Source: Chloroflexota bacterium (lineage in GTDB: Bacteria > Chloroflexota > Dehalococcoidia > UBA2979). Taken from it: DNA of 64,000 nucleotides. This document shows, piece by piece, positions 19,913 through 29,712 of the stretch (within the stretch, counting starts at the first letter, position 1; every line of letters starts with the position of its first letter). Location of the stretch: contig JAQCIU010000001.1 of assembly GCA_027593235.1 (NCBI GenBank), positions 96,001-160,000 on the forward strand, given 5' to 3'. The position numbers and the translations under genes are program-made. Below the pieces are notes generated by a model. The model searched no databases, had not been told where the DNA came from, and worked only from the letters and a program-made list of their open reading frames with translations.

Positions 19913-21096
19913 ATGAACTGGTGGCCGGCCGCTTCCGGTGACGCGTGGACGTGGGGCTGGCAGGCCTTCCCCGGCGTCTGGCTGTTCATCGCCCTGATCG
20001 CCGGCGCCTACGTCGCCGCGCTTCGCGGTCCGGGACGGCGTCGCACCCGCCTCGGTGAGCCCGCGGCCAGCGGGCGCCAGCGGCTCTACTTCGTCCTCGG
20101 CCTCGTCGCGCTCTGGCTCGCGATCGATTGGCCGCTCGGCCTCCTCGGCACGGGCTACTCGCTCGCTGCCCGCATCGTTCATCACATGACGATCGGCTTC
20201 GTCGCCACGCCGCTGCTCCTGCTCGGGCTCCCCGAGTGGATGGCTTCGGCACTCGTCCGCGCTCGAAGGATGCGGGCGGTCATGCGGCAGTTGCTGCGAC
20301 CGTGGGTCGCGTCGCTGCTCTTCGACGCCGCGTTCCTCGTCTCGAGCATCCCGCCCGTCGTGAACGGATGGCAGCCGTCTCAGGCCGAATCGTTCGCGAT
20401 CACAGTGATGTAGGTCGCGTCCGGCCTGCTCGTCTGGTGGCCGCTGGTCGCGCCGGCCGGCTCGTTCGGGCGGCTCGGTTACCTGCTGATTGCGCCGTAC
20501 CTGTTCACCCAGTCCCTGCTCCCCAAGGTCCCGGCCGCCTACTACATCTTTTCCGGTGCCTCGTACGACGACCTGTACCGCGACGCCCCGCGCGCCTGGT
20601 CCGACATCTCCGCGGGACTCGACCAGCAGATCGCCGGCGCCGTCATCTGGCTGGTCGACGGCATCCTCGTCGTCACCGCGATCCACATGCTGACGCTCCG
20701 CTGGCAGCGCGACGAACGGATGCAGGGCGTGGTCCGCGACTTCGGGCTCCCCGTCAGCCCTCGCGCGCTGTCGCTGCTCTTCGAGGAGCCCGGCGCCTGG
20801 GAGGCGATGCAGCGCCTCGCCTCGATGGCGCGCGTGCAGCTCGGGGAGACCGCCGCCCACGCCGCGCTCGGCTCGACTTCCGGCTGCCGGAGGTGCTCAC
20901 CGCCGACACCCGCGAGCAAGTCGTCCTCGAGGTACGCGTTGCCCTCAACCCCGTCGAGCAGCTCGAACTCTGGGAGCGCATCGAACGCGGATACTCGGCC
21001 TATCTCGAGGGACTGACCGCGGGGCGGCGAGTGGCGGTGCGCCGACGCGTGGGCTTCCGTGTCGTGGAGTACGCGCTCACAGCCGTCGAGGGCTAA
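19913..21096 (+). pseudogene. CtaG-like cytochrome c oxidase assembly protein with extra C-terminal domain; TAG at 20411 and frameshift near 20865
   Basis: DWPLG, DQQIAG motifs; paralogous to 56054-56890. Confidence 0.75.
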
Positions 21097-21652
21097 GGCG
21101 CCTCGTACGCCGCGACGAGGACGACGAAACTGAGCGAGGCACCTCGGTAGGTCGCGCCGATCTCCCAGCAGCCGGGCGTGAGCGAGCCGCCGCTAATCAT
21201 GAACTCGTGCAGCTCGCCCCTCGGACGGATGCCATGGGTTACGGGGCCGGGGAGTTCGGTCAACCCCGGACCGTCGAGCTGCCGATGCACTCTGTGGAGT
21301 GCCGGCTCTGGCTCCTCGTGCCAGTCGAACGCGGTCGAGAACCAGAACTGCTTCAGCGTCAGCCGGCCATCGTCGTTGACGCTCCAGTTCGCGCCGTTCA
21401 GGTCGAGTAGTGTCCAGAGGTCGCCGTCGCCGTACCAGACGGCGTCGTACAACGGTGGTGGCACCGGTGCCAGTCCGAGGGCGGCGAGAACGCCGGCTGA
21501 GGCGGGGTCGTGACCGGGCAGGCCTCGCCGCTGGCGAGCCGCGTCGCCCCCTGGGAGCATCCGGCCCAGAGCATCGCGAGAAGCGCGAGCACTCCGAGGG
21601 CTGCGAGTCCGCGGAGCGCGGACCGCGCTGGTAGCGACGGGTGGTGTTTCAT
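21093..21652 (-). pseudogene. Hypothetical lipoprotein, frameshifted near 21470
   Basis: WAGCS lipobox and CPVT in one frame; WYG...GCWEI continues in another. Confidence 0.6.
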
Positions 21653-21737
21653 GAGAGACATACACCGCCGCGCCTCCGTTGGTTCCGCCCGGACGCGCTA
21701 GATCGACGAGGACTGAACGCTCGGCGAGGGAGCTTTG

Positions 21738-23543
21738 ATGGCGCGTCCTGACCCCCACTCCTACTTCGACGACACCCAGCCGCGCACGCGCCACCTCGAG
21801 CTGACGCTCGACGTCGACTTCGAGGAACGCCGCCTCCGCGGCCGCGCCACCCTCGTCCTCGACCCGCCGGTCCCCGCGGTCGTCGACCCCGACGGCCCGT
21901 CGCCCGTGCTCGACCTCGACACCGACGGACTGACCATCGAGGCGCTGCAAGTCGACGGCGCCCTTGTCGGCGGAATCCTCAGCGACGAAGACGCGGTGCT
22001 CGGCCGTCGCCTCCGCATCGACCTCCCCGCCGGCGCCTCCCGCGTCACGATCGACTACCAGACAGCTACCGAGGCGATCGGCCTCCAGTGGCTCGAGCCG
22101 TCGCAGACCGCCGCCGGCGAGCATCCCTTCCTCTTCTCGCAGTGCCAGCCGATCCACGCCCGCTCCGTCGTCCCCGTGCAGGACTCACCCGCCGCCCGCG
22201 TCACGTTCGAGGCGGTGCTGACCGTCCCCGCTCCGCTCGTCGCGGTGATGGCCGCCGGACCGGCCACCGAGGAGCCAGACTCGCCCGAGGGCACCCGAAC
22301 CTTCCGCTTCAAGATGCCCCAGGCGATCCCGCCGTACCTGATCGCGTTCGCGGTCGGCGACCTCGAGGCCCGCGATATTTCAGAGCGCACGCGGGTCTGG
22401 GCCGAGCCCTCGATGGTCGAGGCGGCGGCGTACGAGTTCGCCGAGACCGAGCAGATGATGGCGACCGCCGAGGAGATGTTCGGCCCCTACGACTGGGACC
22501 GCTACGACCTGCTGGTGCTGCCGCCGTCCTTCCCGTACGGCGGGATGGAAAACCCTCGGCTGACCTTCCTCACGCCGACGGTGATCGCCGGCGACCGCTC
22601 GCTCGTCGACGTGATCGCGCACGAGCTGGCGCACTCCTGGACCGGCAACCTGATCACCAACGCCACCTTCGACCACTTCTGGCTCAACGAGGGCGCCACC
22701 ACCTGGGCCGAACGTCGCATCGTCGAAGCGCTGCACGGCGAAGAGTCGGTCGCCCTCGACTGGGCGATCGGTGAACAGGGCCTGCAGGTCGCGTTCGACC
22801 GCTTCGGCCTCGACTCGCCGCTGACGAGGCTCCGCACCGACCTCGAGGGCGGCGACCCGGACGACGCGTACTCGATCATCCCCTACGAGAAGGGCGCCCG
22901 CTTCTTCGCACTCCTCGAGCGCACCGCCGGGCGCGAGCGCTTCGATGCGTTCATCCGTCGCTACATCGAGCGCTACCGCTTCACCTCGATCACCACCGAG
23001 GAGTTCGTCGCCTTCCTCGACAGCGAGCTGCCCGGCGTCGCCGCCGAGGTGGGTGCGAACGCCTGGCTCTACGCGCCCGGCATACCCTCGAACGCCCCGC
23101 AGTTCCGCTCCGAACGCCTCGAGTCGCTGATCGCCCGCGGCGCCGGCTTCGCCACCGGCGAGCGCCCGACCGCCGAGGAGGTCGCGGCCTGGGCACCCTC
23201 GGAGCTGCTCGTCTACCTCCAGCACGTCCCGCGCCCGCTCCCTCCCGAGGACTGCGCGTGGCTGGACGAACACCTGTCGCTGATGAACCGCGGCAACTAC
23301 GAGCTCCTCGTCGAGTGGCTCACCATCGCCGCCGCCTCGGACTACGAACCGGCCTTCGGCCGCCTCGCCGACGTCCTCACCGAGGTGGGCCGCATGAAGT
23401 ACCTCCGCCCGCTCTACCTCGCGATGGGCGGACACCCTCGGACGCGCGCGCTGGCGAGGGAGATCTTCGAGCGCGCGTCACCGGGGTACCACGAGCTCTC
23501 GCGCCGAGCGGCGGAGGATGTGATGGCGGGGTACCCGGAGTAA
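21738..23543 (+). CDS. M1 aminopeptidase (LTA4-hydrolase-like)
   Basis: GGMEN, HELAH-x18-E, PYEKG. Confidence 0.93.
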   Translation: MARPDPHSYFDDTQPRTRHLELTLDVDFEERRLRGRATLVLDPPVPAVVDPDGPSPVLDLDTDGLTIEALQVDGALVGGILSDEDAVLGRRLRIDLPAGASRVTIDYQTATEAIGLQWLEPSQTAAGEHPFLFSQCQPIHARSVVPVQDSPAARVTFEAVLTVPAPLVAVMAAGPATEEPDSPEGTRTFRFKMPQAIPPYLIAFAVGDLEARDISERTRVWAEPSMVEAAAYEFAETEQMMATAEEMFGPYDWDRYDLLVLPPSFPYGGMENPRLTFLTPTVIAGDRSLVDVIAHELAHSWTGNLITNATFDHFWLNEGATTWAERRIVEALHGEESVALDWAIGEQGLQVAFDRFGLDSPLTRLRTDLEGGDPDDAYSIIPYEKGARFFALLERTAGRERFDAFIRRYIERYRFTSITTEEFVAFLDSELPGVAAEVGANAWLYAPGIPSNAPQFRSERLESLIARGAGFATGERPTAEEVAAWAPSELLVYLQHVPRPLPPEDCAWLDEHLSLMNRGNYELLVEWLTIAAASDYEPAFGRLADVLTEVGRMKYLRPLYLAMGGHPRTRALAREIFERASPGYHELSRRAAEDVMAGYPE

Positions 23544-23551
23544 GGGCCCGT

Positions 23552-23983
23552 GTGGGCGAGACGGTGAGCGCGACTGGAGCGTGGCGGTGGTTCGCGTCGT
23601 TCGCTGCGGCGGCGGCCGGCTTTGGCTCGCAAGCTCTCCTATTCGACGAGGCCGGCGCGATTGACTGGTTCCTTTCGACCAACTGGCTTGTGGGTGGCGC
23701 GATCAGCGCGGTCGGCATGGTGGTGCTGACTCAGGCGGTCTGGGAACTGCGCCTGGGCCGATGGTGGCCGATGCTTGTCGTTGCGCTCGTAGCGCCGATG
23801 CCGTTCGCAGTCTACGTCTGGCCGAATAACTGGGTGCTGGCGGCGAGCCATCTCGTCCCGCTGCTCGCCCTGTCTGCGTCGGGGCGAGCGATGGGAGTAC
23901 CCGTCGGGCGTGCGCTGGTGTTTGCCCTCGGGGGGCTCGCGCTCGCGTGGATCTGGCTGTGGCCCGCCTCGTCGATCGAGTAG
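23552..23983 (+). CDS. Hypothetical membrane protein
   Basis: Four to five hydrophobic segments. Confidence 0.55.
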   Translation: MGETVSATGAWRWFASFAAAAAGFGSQALLFDEAGAIDWFLSTNWLVGGAISAVGMVVLTQAVWELRLGRWWPMLVVALVAPMPFAVYVWPNNWVLAASHLVPLLALSASGRAMGVPVGRALVFALGGLALAWIWLWPASSIE

Positions 23984-23993
23984 CCGGCCGAAC

Positions 23994-25355
23994 TCAGGAG
24001 CGCTCGGACTCGCGCATTTCCGCGACTGCGGCACCGGGCGTCGGTGCCGGCCGTGACACCGGGAGCTCGGCAATCCCTCGGGTGAGGTCCGGTCGGGGAA
24101 GTTTCAGCGCGACCACGAAGAGGGCGAGTGAGGCGACGTAGGTGCCGATGAACAGCAGGATCGCGGCGTCGTAGGAACCGGTGCGGTCGAAGATCGCGCC
24201 CGCGATCGTCGGACTGATCACCTGGCCAAGCGTCTCCACGACGACCACGGCTCCGAGGATTGTCGCGAAGTGAGCGACCCCGAACGCGCGGGTCAGCAGC
24301 AGTGCCTCGATGATCGGTCCGCCTGCGGTGCCGGCGACCCAGAAGACGAGGAAGAGGACGATCGCCGCCGGAGCGGTGCTGATCGATAGCGTGGCCATCG
24401 CGGAGATCAGGAACAGGACGAGCACGATCGTCAGCACCTCGAAGCGCGGGACGCGATCGGCGAGTGCGCCGACCAGCAGGCGCGTGCCAATGCCGAGCCC
24501 GGCGGTGACTGAGACGAGCCAGGCGGCGTTGGCCCTCGAGATGCCGACGGACTCGTAGAACGGGATCTGGTGGACGAGCCAGCCGAACATCCCGAAGAAG
24601 AGCAGGGTGACGGCGAAGGCGAGCGTCCAGAACAGCGGCGTGCGGAGCGCCTCGCGGAGCGTCAGCCCCTCGACGGCTGGGCGCGGCAGGTTCGTGTCGT
24701 GTGCGGGAGCGCCGTCGACCTCGGCGCCCACGTCGGCGGGTGAGTTGCGAACGATGAACCAGCCCACCGGGAGAAAGAGCGCGGCGGTTGCCACGCCCGA
24801 AACGACGAAGGCTCCGCGCCAACCGAGCCCGCCGATCGCCGCGCTCATCAGCGGAACCATGATGAAGCCGCCGAGCGAGAAGCCGCTGCCCAGGATGCTG
24901 ACGGCGATGCCACGGCGGCGATCGAACCACCTGGAGATCAGCGCCATGAACGGCATGAAGAACATCAACTGGCGGACGACCGCGTTGATCGCCGAGAACA
25001 GGTACCACTGCCAGAGGGTGTTGGTGAACGCGAGCAGTAGGTAGCTGAGCGCCGTGAGCACCGCGCCGACGAGGATTGCCGATCGCGGACCTCGGGTGTC
25101 GATCCAGCGCCCGATGAGCGGCGCTGCGAGCCCGCTGACCAGCAACGACACCGAAAAGCCGAGGGAGACCTCGGCTCGCGACCACCCGAACTCGGCTTCG
25201 AGCGGCTCGACGTAGAGGCCGAACGACCAGAACGAGACGCCGGATCCGAGGGCCATCGACACCACGGCCGCGGCGAGCAACCACCAGCCGTAGAACACCT
25301 TGCGGTGCCCCGAGACGACGTCGACAGCTCCGGAGAGCGCACGCAGAGCGGTCAA
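23994..25355 (-). CDS. MFS transporter
   Basis: FYGWW, GRWIDTRGPR, about 12 TM. Confidence 0.9.
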   Translation of the reverse strand: MTALRALSGAVDVVSGHRKVFYGWWLLAAAVVSMALGSGVSFWSFGLYVEPLEAEFGWSRAEVSLGFSVSLLVSGLAAPLIGRWIDTRGPRSAILVGAVLTALSYLLLAFTNTLWQWYLFSAINAVVRQLMFFMPFMALISRWFDRRRGIAVSILGSGFSLGGFIMVPLMSAAIGGLGWRGAFVVSGVATAALFLPVGWFIVRNSPADVGAEVDGAPAHDTNLPRPAVEGLTLREALRTPLFWTLAFAVTLLFFGMFGWLVHQIPFYESVGISRANAAWLVSVTAGLGIGTRLLVGALADRVPRFEVLTIVLVLFLISAMATLSISTAPAAIVLFLVFWVAGTAGGPIIEALLLTRAFGVAHFATILGAVVVVETLGQVISPTIAGAIFDRTGSYDAAILLFIGTYVASLALFVVALKLPRPDLTRGIAELPVSRPAPTPGAAVAEMRESERS

Positions 25356-25538
25356 GTGGGCTCCGTGGTTGGAGATCAGCGAGGGGCGATCACCGTATCA
25401 GTCGAGGGCCGTGGGGAGCGCCGGGGGATCTCGCGCGCTACCCCACGTGGCGGGCTCTCGCCGACGGAACGTCGGCGGCGTGATCGACCGGCGGCTTGCC
25501 CGAGCAAGCCGCCGTGCTGCCGAGGCTTGCGCTGCTCG

Positions 25539-25841
25539 CTAGCGCTTCACGCCCGCGATCCAGGTCAGGCGCGTGATCTCCGGCCGCGCGCCGGCGACCC
25601 CCTTGAGGTCCTCGCCGAGCTGCTTCATGTGGTCGCTCGCGCCGTGGGCGGCGGAGGCGTCTTCGCTGTCGTACTGCTCGTAGAAGTAGAAGACCGTCGG
25701 GTCCTCGTCCGAGGTATGCAGCTCATACTTCGGCACGCCCGGCTCGTTCGTGCTGACGGCGGCGACCATCTTCTCGAGGGCTGCGCGCATCTCTGCTTCT
25801 TTGCCCTCACGGGCCTGGAGCTTGGCAATCACGGTTCGCAT
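25539..25841 (-). CDS. ABM-family putative quinol monooxygenase
   Basis: EPG..YEL...FYFYEQY...H. Confidence 0.85.
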   Translation of the reverse strand: MRTVIAKLQAREGKEAEMRAALEKMVAAVSTNEPGVPKYELHTSDEDPTVFYFYEQYDSEDASAAHGASDHMKQLGEDLKGVAGARPEITRLTWIAGVKR

Positions 25842-25991
25842 CTGGGTCTCCTCGGTGTTGGGTGCGTTGGCAGGCGGAGTCTAGCAAGCGCCGATGCCGC
25901 CACCGAGGAGCGCGCCCCGGACGAGGTCGCGCACTCCGTCAGGCTAGGCTCATGGCAGACGGAGAATGGTGCGGCTCTTGCGGGGGGCGTC

Positions 25992-26627
25992 ATGGGCAAG
26001 TGGTGGCTGACGACGCCGATCTTCGTGGCCGCGGCACTTGCATCGATCACCGCGTGCGGCGGCGGTGCTGACGACGGCGGGTCCGAGCCGACCGCAACCG
26101 CAACCGCTACCTCGGCCGCCGCGCCGGCCGCCGATGACGCCGCCTCGGGCGACGCCACCACCGCCTTCCGCGAGCGAATGACCGCGATCGAGGCCGCCGT
26201 CGCCACCTGGCGTGCCGCCGAGACGATCGAGGACGCTCGCGCCGCCGCCGAGGCTGCTGCCAACCTCGTCGTCGGCCCCGCTGGTCCCGGCTACGGTGAC
26301 CGCGACGGCAATGGGGCGATCGAGGGCGCAAGCGACATCGCCCTGCTCCCGGTGCTGGCCGCGCCGCTCGATGCCAACCCCTGCATCGTCGCCGACGTAC
26401 TCGGTGGCTCGTGGGACGATCCCGAGGCCCGCTGGAACGCCATGCTCGCCGCCATCGAGGACTGGCGTCCCGACCACAACACCATGCCGAGCCTGCTCAG
26501 CCACCCGATGCGGATCGTTGGCTGGGCCACCTTCACCCTCGCCTCGGACTCCATCGATGAAGCGCACGAGTACGCCGGACACGCGCAGCTCCACGTGAAC
26601 GTCTCGCTCGCCGCGCTCGATTGCTGA
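25992..26627 (+). CDS. Hypothetical lipoprotein
   Basis: ITACG lipobox; DRDGNG motif. Confidence 0.7.
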   Translation: MGKWWLTTPIFVAAALASITACGGGADDGGSEPTATATATSAAAPAADDAASGDATTAFRERMTAIEAAVATWRAAETIEDARAAAEAAANLVVGPAGPGYGDRDGNGAIEGASDIALLPVLAAPLDANPCIVADVLGGSWDDPEARWNAMLAAIEDWRPDHNTMPSLLSHPMRIVGWATFTLASDSIDEAHEYAGHAQLHVNVSLAALDC

Positions 26628-26665
26628 GCGCGGCGGACGAGGTTGGGTGACGCCCCTCCCTGGGT

Positions 26666-27805
26666 TCAGCGCGCGGGAGCGGTCGCCGCGGTGGCGCCGG
26701 TCTTCGGGCGTCGCGGACCGGCGGCGGCACGATCGGCGACGAGCGACGCGATGCGCTCGGCATCGCGCCCGACGCCGTGGACCATGTTCGAGGACATCGC
26801 GTTCAGGAACTCCAGGCCGACGAAATAGAGCCCCGGCTGATCGTCGGCGACGCCGCGCTGGTGTTTCGGTTCGTGCTCGCCGTGAATGGGCAGATCGATC
26901 CATGAGAAGCCGGGGTGGAACCCGGTGCACCAGATGACGTTGGGCGCATCCAGCACGCGGCCGTCCTCCAGCCGCGGTTGGCCATCCTCGGTCCCGGCGA
27001 CGCGCGGTACGCGCTCCACGCTCGCCGCTTTCAGGTCACGGCTCTTCACGCGGATCAGCGGGCCGCCCTCGCTGATCACCTTCGGGCGCATGCGCCGACC
27101 CATCGGCGTGCCGACGGTGAGCACGCGGTGGAAGAGGCCGCGCAGCACCAGCCGCGTAAGCACGCGCCGTCCGAGGAACCCGTCGATGCGGAAAGGGACC
27201 TCCCCGACGTCACGGCCGGACAGCCAGACCTGACGATCGGCGGCGAGTTCGCGCGCGATTTCCGCTCCGGAGTTGCCGGCGCCGACGATCAGGACACCGC
27301 CTGGCTGGAGTTGTTCGGGATTGCGGTACTCGATGGAATGGAGCTGGGTGATCGCCGGCGCGAGTCCAGCGGCGAACGCCGGGACGTGCGGGCTCTGGTG
27401 GTTCGACATTGCGACGACCACCTGGTCGGCGCGCACGGTTCGATCGCCCAGGTTGAGCAGGAAGCCCTCGCCATCGCGGCTGAGCCGTTCGACACGGCGG
27501 CCGGTTTGCACCGGCAGCTCGAAGTGCGCGGCGTAGCTCTCGAGGTAATCGGCCATCGCGTCCTTCGTGACCAGCTCGAAGCGCGGCGCGGGGAACGGCA
27601 TGCCGTCGAGCCCATCGAAGCGGGCGGGGGTGAAGAGCCGCAGTGAGTCCCAGCGGTTGCGCCAGACGTCGCCGATCCGCTCGTTGGCATCGAGGATGAC
27701 GAAGGGGGCGCCCCGCTGCTTCAGGTGGTGGCCGACCGACAGGCCCGCCTGCCCGGCGCCGATGATCGCGGTGCCAACCTGCTCTGGACTGGATGGTGTC
27801 GTCAT
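26666..27805 (-). CDS. Flavin-containing monooxygenase-like flavoprotein
   Basis: IGAGQAG, LHSIEYRNP, VGAGNSG, WCTGF. Confidence 0.88.
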   Translation of the reverse strand: MTTPSSPEQVGTAIIGAGQAGLSVGHHLKQRGAPFVILDANERIGDVWRNRWDSLRLFTPARFDGLDGMPFPAPRFELVTKDAMADYLESYAAHFELPVQTGRRVERLSRDGEGFLLNLGDRTVRADQVVVAMSNHQSPHVPAFAAGLAPAITQLHSIEYRNPEQLQPGGVLIVGAGNSGAEIARELAADRQVWLSGRDVGEVPFRIDGFLGRRVLTRLVLRGLFHRVLTVGTPMGRRMRPKVISEGGPLIRVKSRDLKAASVERVPRVAGTEDGQPRLEDGRVLDAPNVIWCTGFHPGFSWIDLPIHGEHEPKHQRGVADDQPGLYFVGLEFLNAMSSNMVHGVGRDAERIASLVADRAAAGPRRPKTGATAATAPAR

Positions 27806-27938
27806 GGCGGTGCTCCGTACTGCTGACCGGCGCGAACGCGACGGGTTGCATCAAACGCTACGGAAGGGTGGCGGGCGTGACTTCGATCGAACTGTCCATT
27901 TCGCGGCGGGACCGCGTATGGGTGATCTGATGTAGTCG

Positions 27939-29567
27939 CTAGAGCAGGTCGTGCTCGTAAGCGTAGGCCGTGGCAGCCGAGCGCGAAGAGAGTCCGAGCT
28001 TGCCGAAGATGTTGCTGACGTGGCGCGCGACCGTCTTATCGCTGATTGTCAGGTGCTCAGCGATCGCGCGGTTCGTCATCCCGGTGGCGACGAGGCTGAG
28101 GATCTTCAGCTCGCGTGGGGTCAGCCAGCCCGGCGCCGTGCTGGTGCCCCCCTCGGCAGCGAGGCGCGCGAGGTCGTTGGCGGCGCCGAGGTGTTCGAAG
28201 GTGTCGCGCGCCGCCGTCCGCTCGGCGGTAGCGCGCTCGGTGTCGCCCTCGCCGTCGGCGACGCGTGCGAGCAGAACACGGGTGCGCGCGGCCTCGTAGG
28301 GGGCGCCAAGCGAGAGCCAGATCGTCAGCGCCTGCCGGAGCTGTGTGCTCGCTTCGGTCAGATCGTCGTCGGCGAGCGCGATCGCTCCGGCCGCCTGCGC
28401 GGCGCTGGCCTCGAGGAACGGCGCGCTGAGCTGTCCAGCGAGGGCGTTGAGTTCCTCGAGCGAGACGGTCGCGAGCGCCGAGTCATTCGCCGCGAGCGCG
28501 ATTTCGACGGCGGCGATCAGCAAGCGAGCGCGGGTCGCCGGGACGTGGTGTTCGTTGAGCGCGTGGCGGATCGCGGTGGTCGCCGCGTCACCGCGTCCCT
28601 GATCGAGCCGCAGCAGCGCGAGACCCGGCTCCGGATCGACGCCGTGATCGGCGGCACGGCGGAATGCTTCCTGCGCTGCCGGCAGCGCGCCAATCAGCCG
28701 CTGCAGCTCGCCCTGCCGGTAGTAGGCGTCGCCGATTTCGGGTCGTGGCGGTTCGGAGAGGATCTGGAAGGCGCGCTGCGTTTCCGCCGCGGCATCCGGC
28801 CATGAGCCATGCAACTGCATGATCTCCGCGCGGTAGAGCAGGCACTTCCCGCGGAACGGAACCAGATCCGGCTGCGACTCGCACCAGCGGTGGAGTGCCT
28901 GCGTCCATTCCTGCGCGCGCGCCAGGTCGAAGAGCTCCTGGCACACCTCGATCACCGCGCAGTAGACGATGCCGGCGACGACCGGGCCGACGTCGCCGGC
29001 GAGGACGCTGACCATCGCCTCGTCGAGCAACGCCGCGCCGCGTACCGGTTCGCCGAGGCGTATCAGCGACTGCCCCTGACCAAGCCGTCCGAGGGTGGCC
29101 AGGTCCAGATCGTCGAAGCGTTCGCCGATCGCCGCCAGTTCCTCGAAGTGCTTGATCGCCTCCGCCGGGTTGCGCTCCTCGAGCAGTTGCAGCGCGCCGG
29201 GGAGTTTCAAGTAGCCATGTACCGGGGAATCCACGCCCGAGCGATCGAGGATGCGCTCCGTCCGCGCGAACCAGCCGCCAGCCTGCGCAGGCTCTCCGCG
29301 CTGGACCATCCCGAACGCTAACCAGAACGCACAGCGCGCAGCGGATCCCGGGTCATCCGCCGCGAGGTAGCCGTGGTGCGCGCGCTCCCAGAGCGCCGCG
29401 CTGCGGTCGTCCTCGGCGATCAGGTAGGCGACGACGGCGAACCGTTCGAGGTCTGGCGGGAGCAGGGTGCCAGCGCTGTCCGCCGCCTCAAGTGTGGCGA
29501 ACGCGCTGCCCCAGTCGCGCGCGACGACGGCGTCGCGGCCGATGTTCCCGTCGCTCGGTCCGTTCAT
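27939..29567 (-). CDS. LuxR-family regulator with TPR-like region
   Basis: LTPRELKIL...TVARHVSNIFGKL. Confidence 0.9.
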   Translation of the reverse strand: MNGPSDGNIGRDAVVARDWGSAFATLEAADSAGTLLPPDLERFAVVAYLIAEDDRSAALWERAHHGYLAADDPGSAARCAFWLAFGMVQRGEPAQAGGWFARTERILDRSGVDSPVHGYLKLPGALQLLEERNPAEAIKHFEELAAIGERFDDLDLATLGRLGQGQSLIRLGEPVRGAALLDEAMVSVLAGDVGPVVAGIVYCAVIEVCQELFDLARAQEWTQALHRWCESQPDLVPFRGKCLLYRAEIMQLHGSWPDAAAETQRAFQILSEPPRPEIGDAYYRQGELQRLIGALPAAQEAFRRAADHGVDPEPGLALLRLDQGRGDAATTAIRHALNEHHVPATRARLLIAAVEIALAANDSALATVSLEELNALAGQLSAPFLEASAAQAAGAIALADDDLTEASTQLRQALTIWLSLGAPYEAARTRVLLARVADGEGDTERATAERTAARDTFEHLGAANDLARLAAEGGTSTAPGWLTPRELKILSLVATGMTNRAIAEHLTISDKTVARHVSNIFGKLGLSSRSAATAYAYEHDLL

Positions 29568-29712
29568 GACAGCTCGCGCTCCGTCCGGCCTGTGCCGGGA
29601 TGATAGGGGGACAGCGGGTCGCCATGGTCGCGGCGGCGCCTCGACCGCACCTCGACGCCACCACGCTCGCCGCTATGCTCCGTCGAGACCAAGCGGGTAC
29701 GAGGGGGACGGC

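Noticed and set aside
12346-20413. Genome-wide TAG reassignment
   Set aside because: Many clear genes end at TAG at their expected C-terminus (e.g. gpmA, DAHP synthase, macrodomain)
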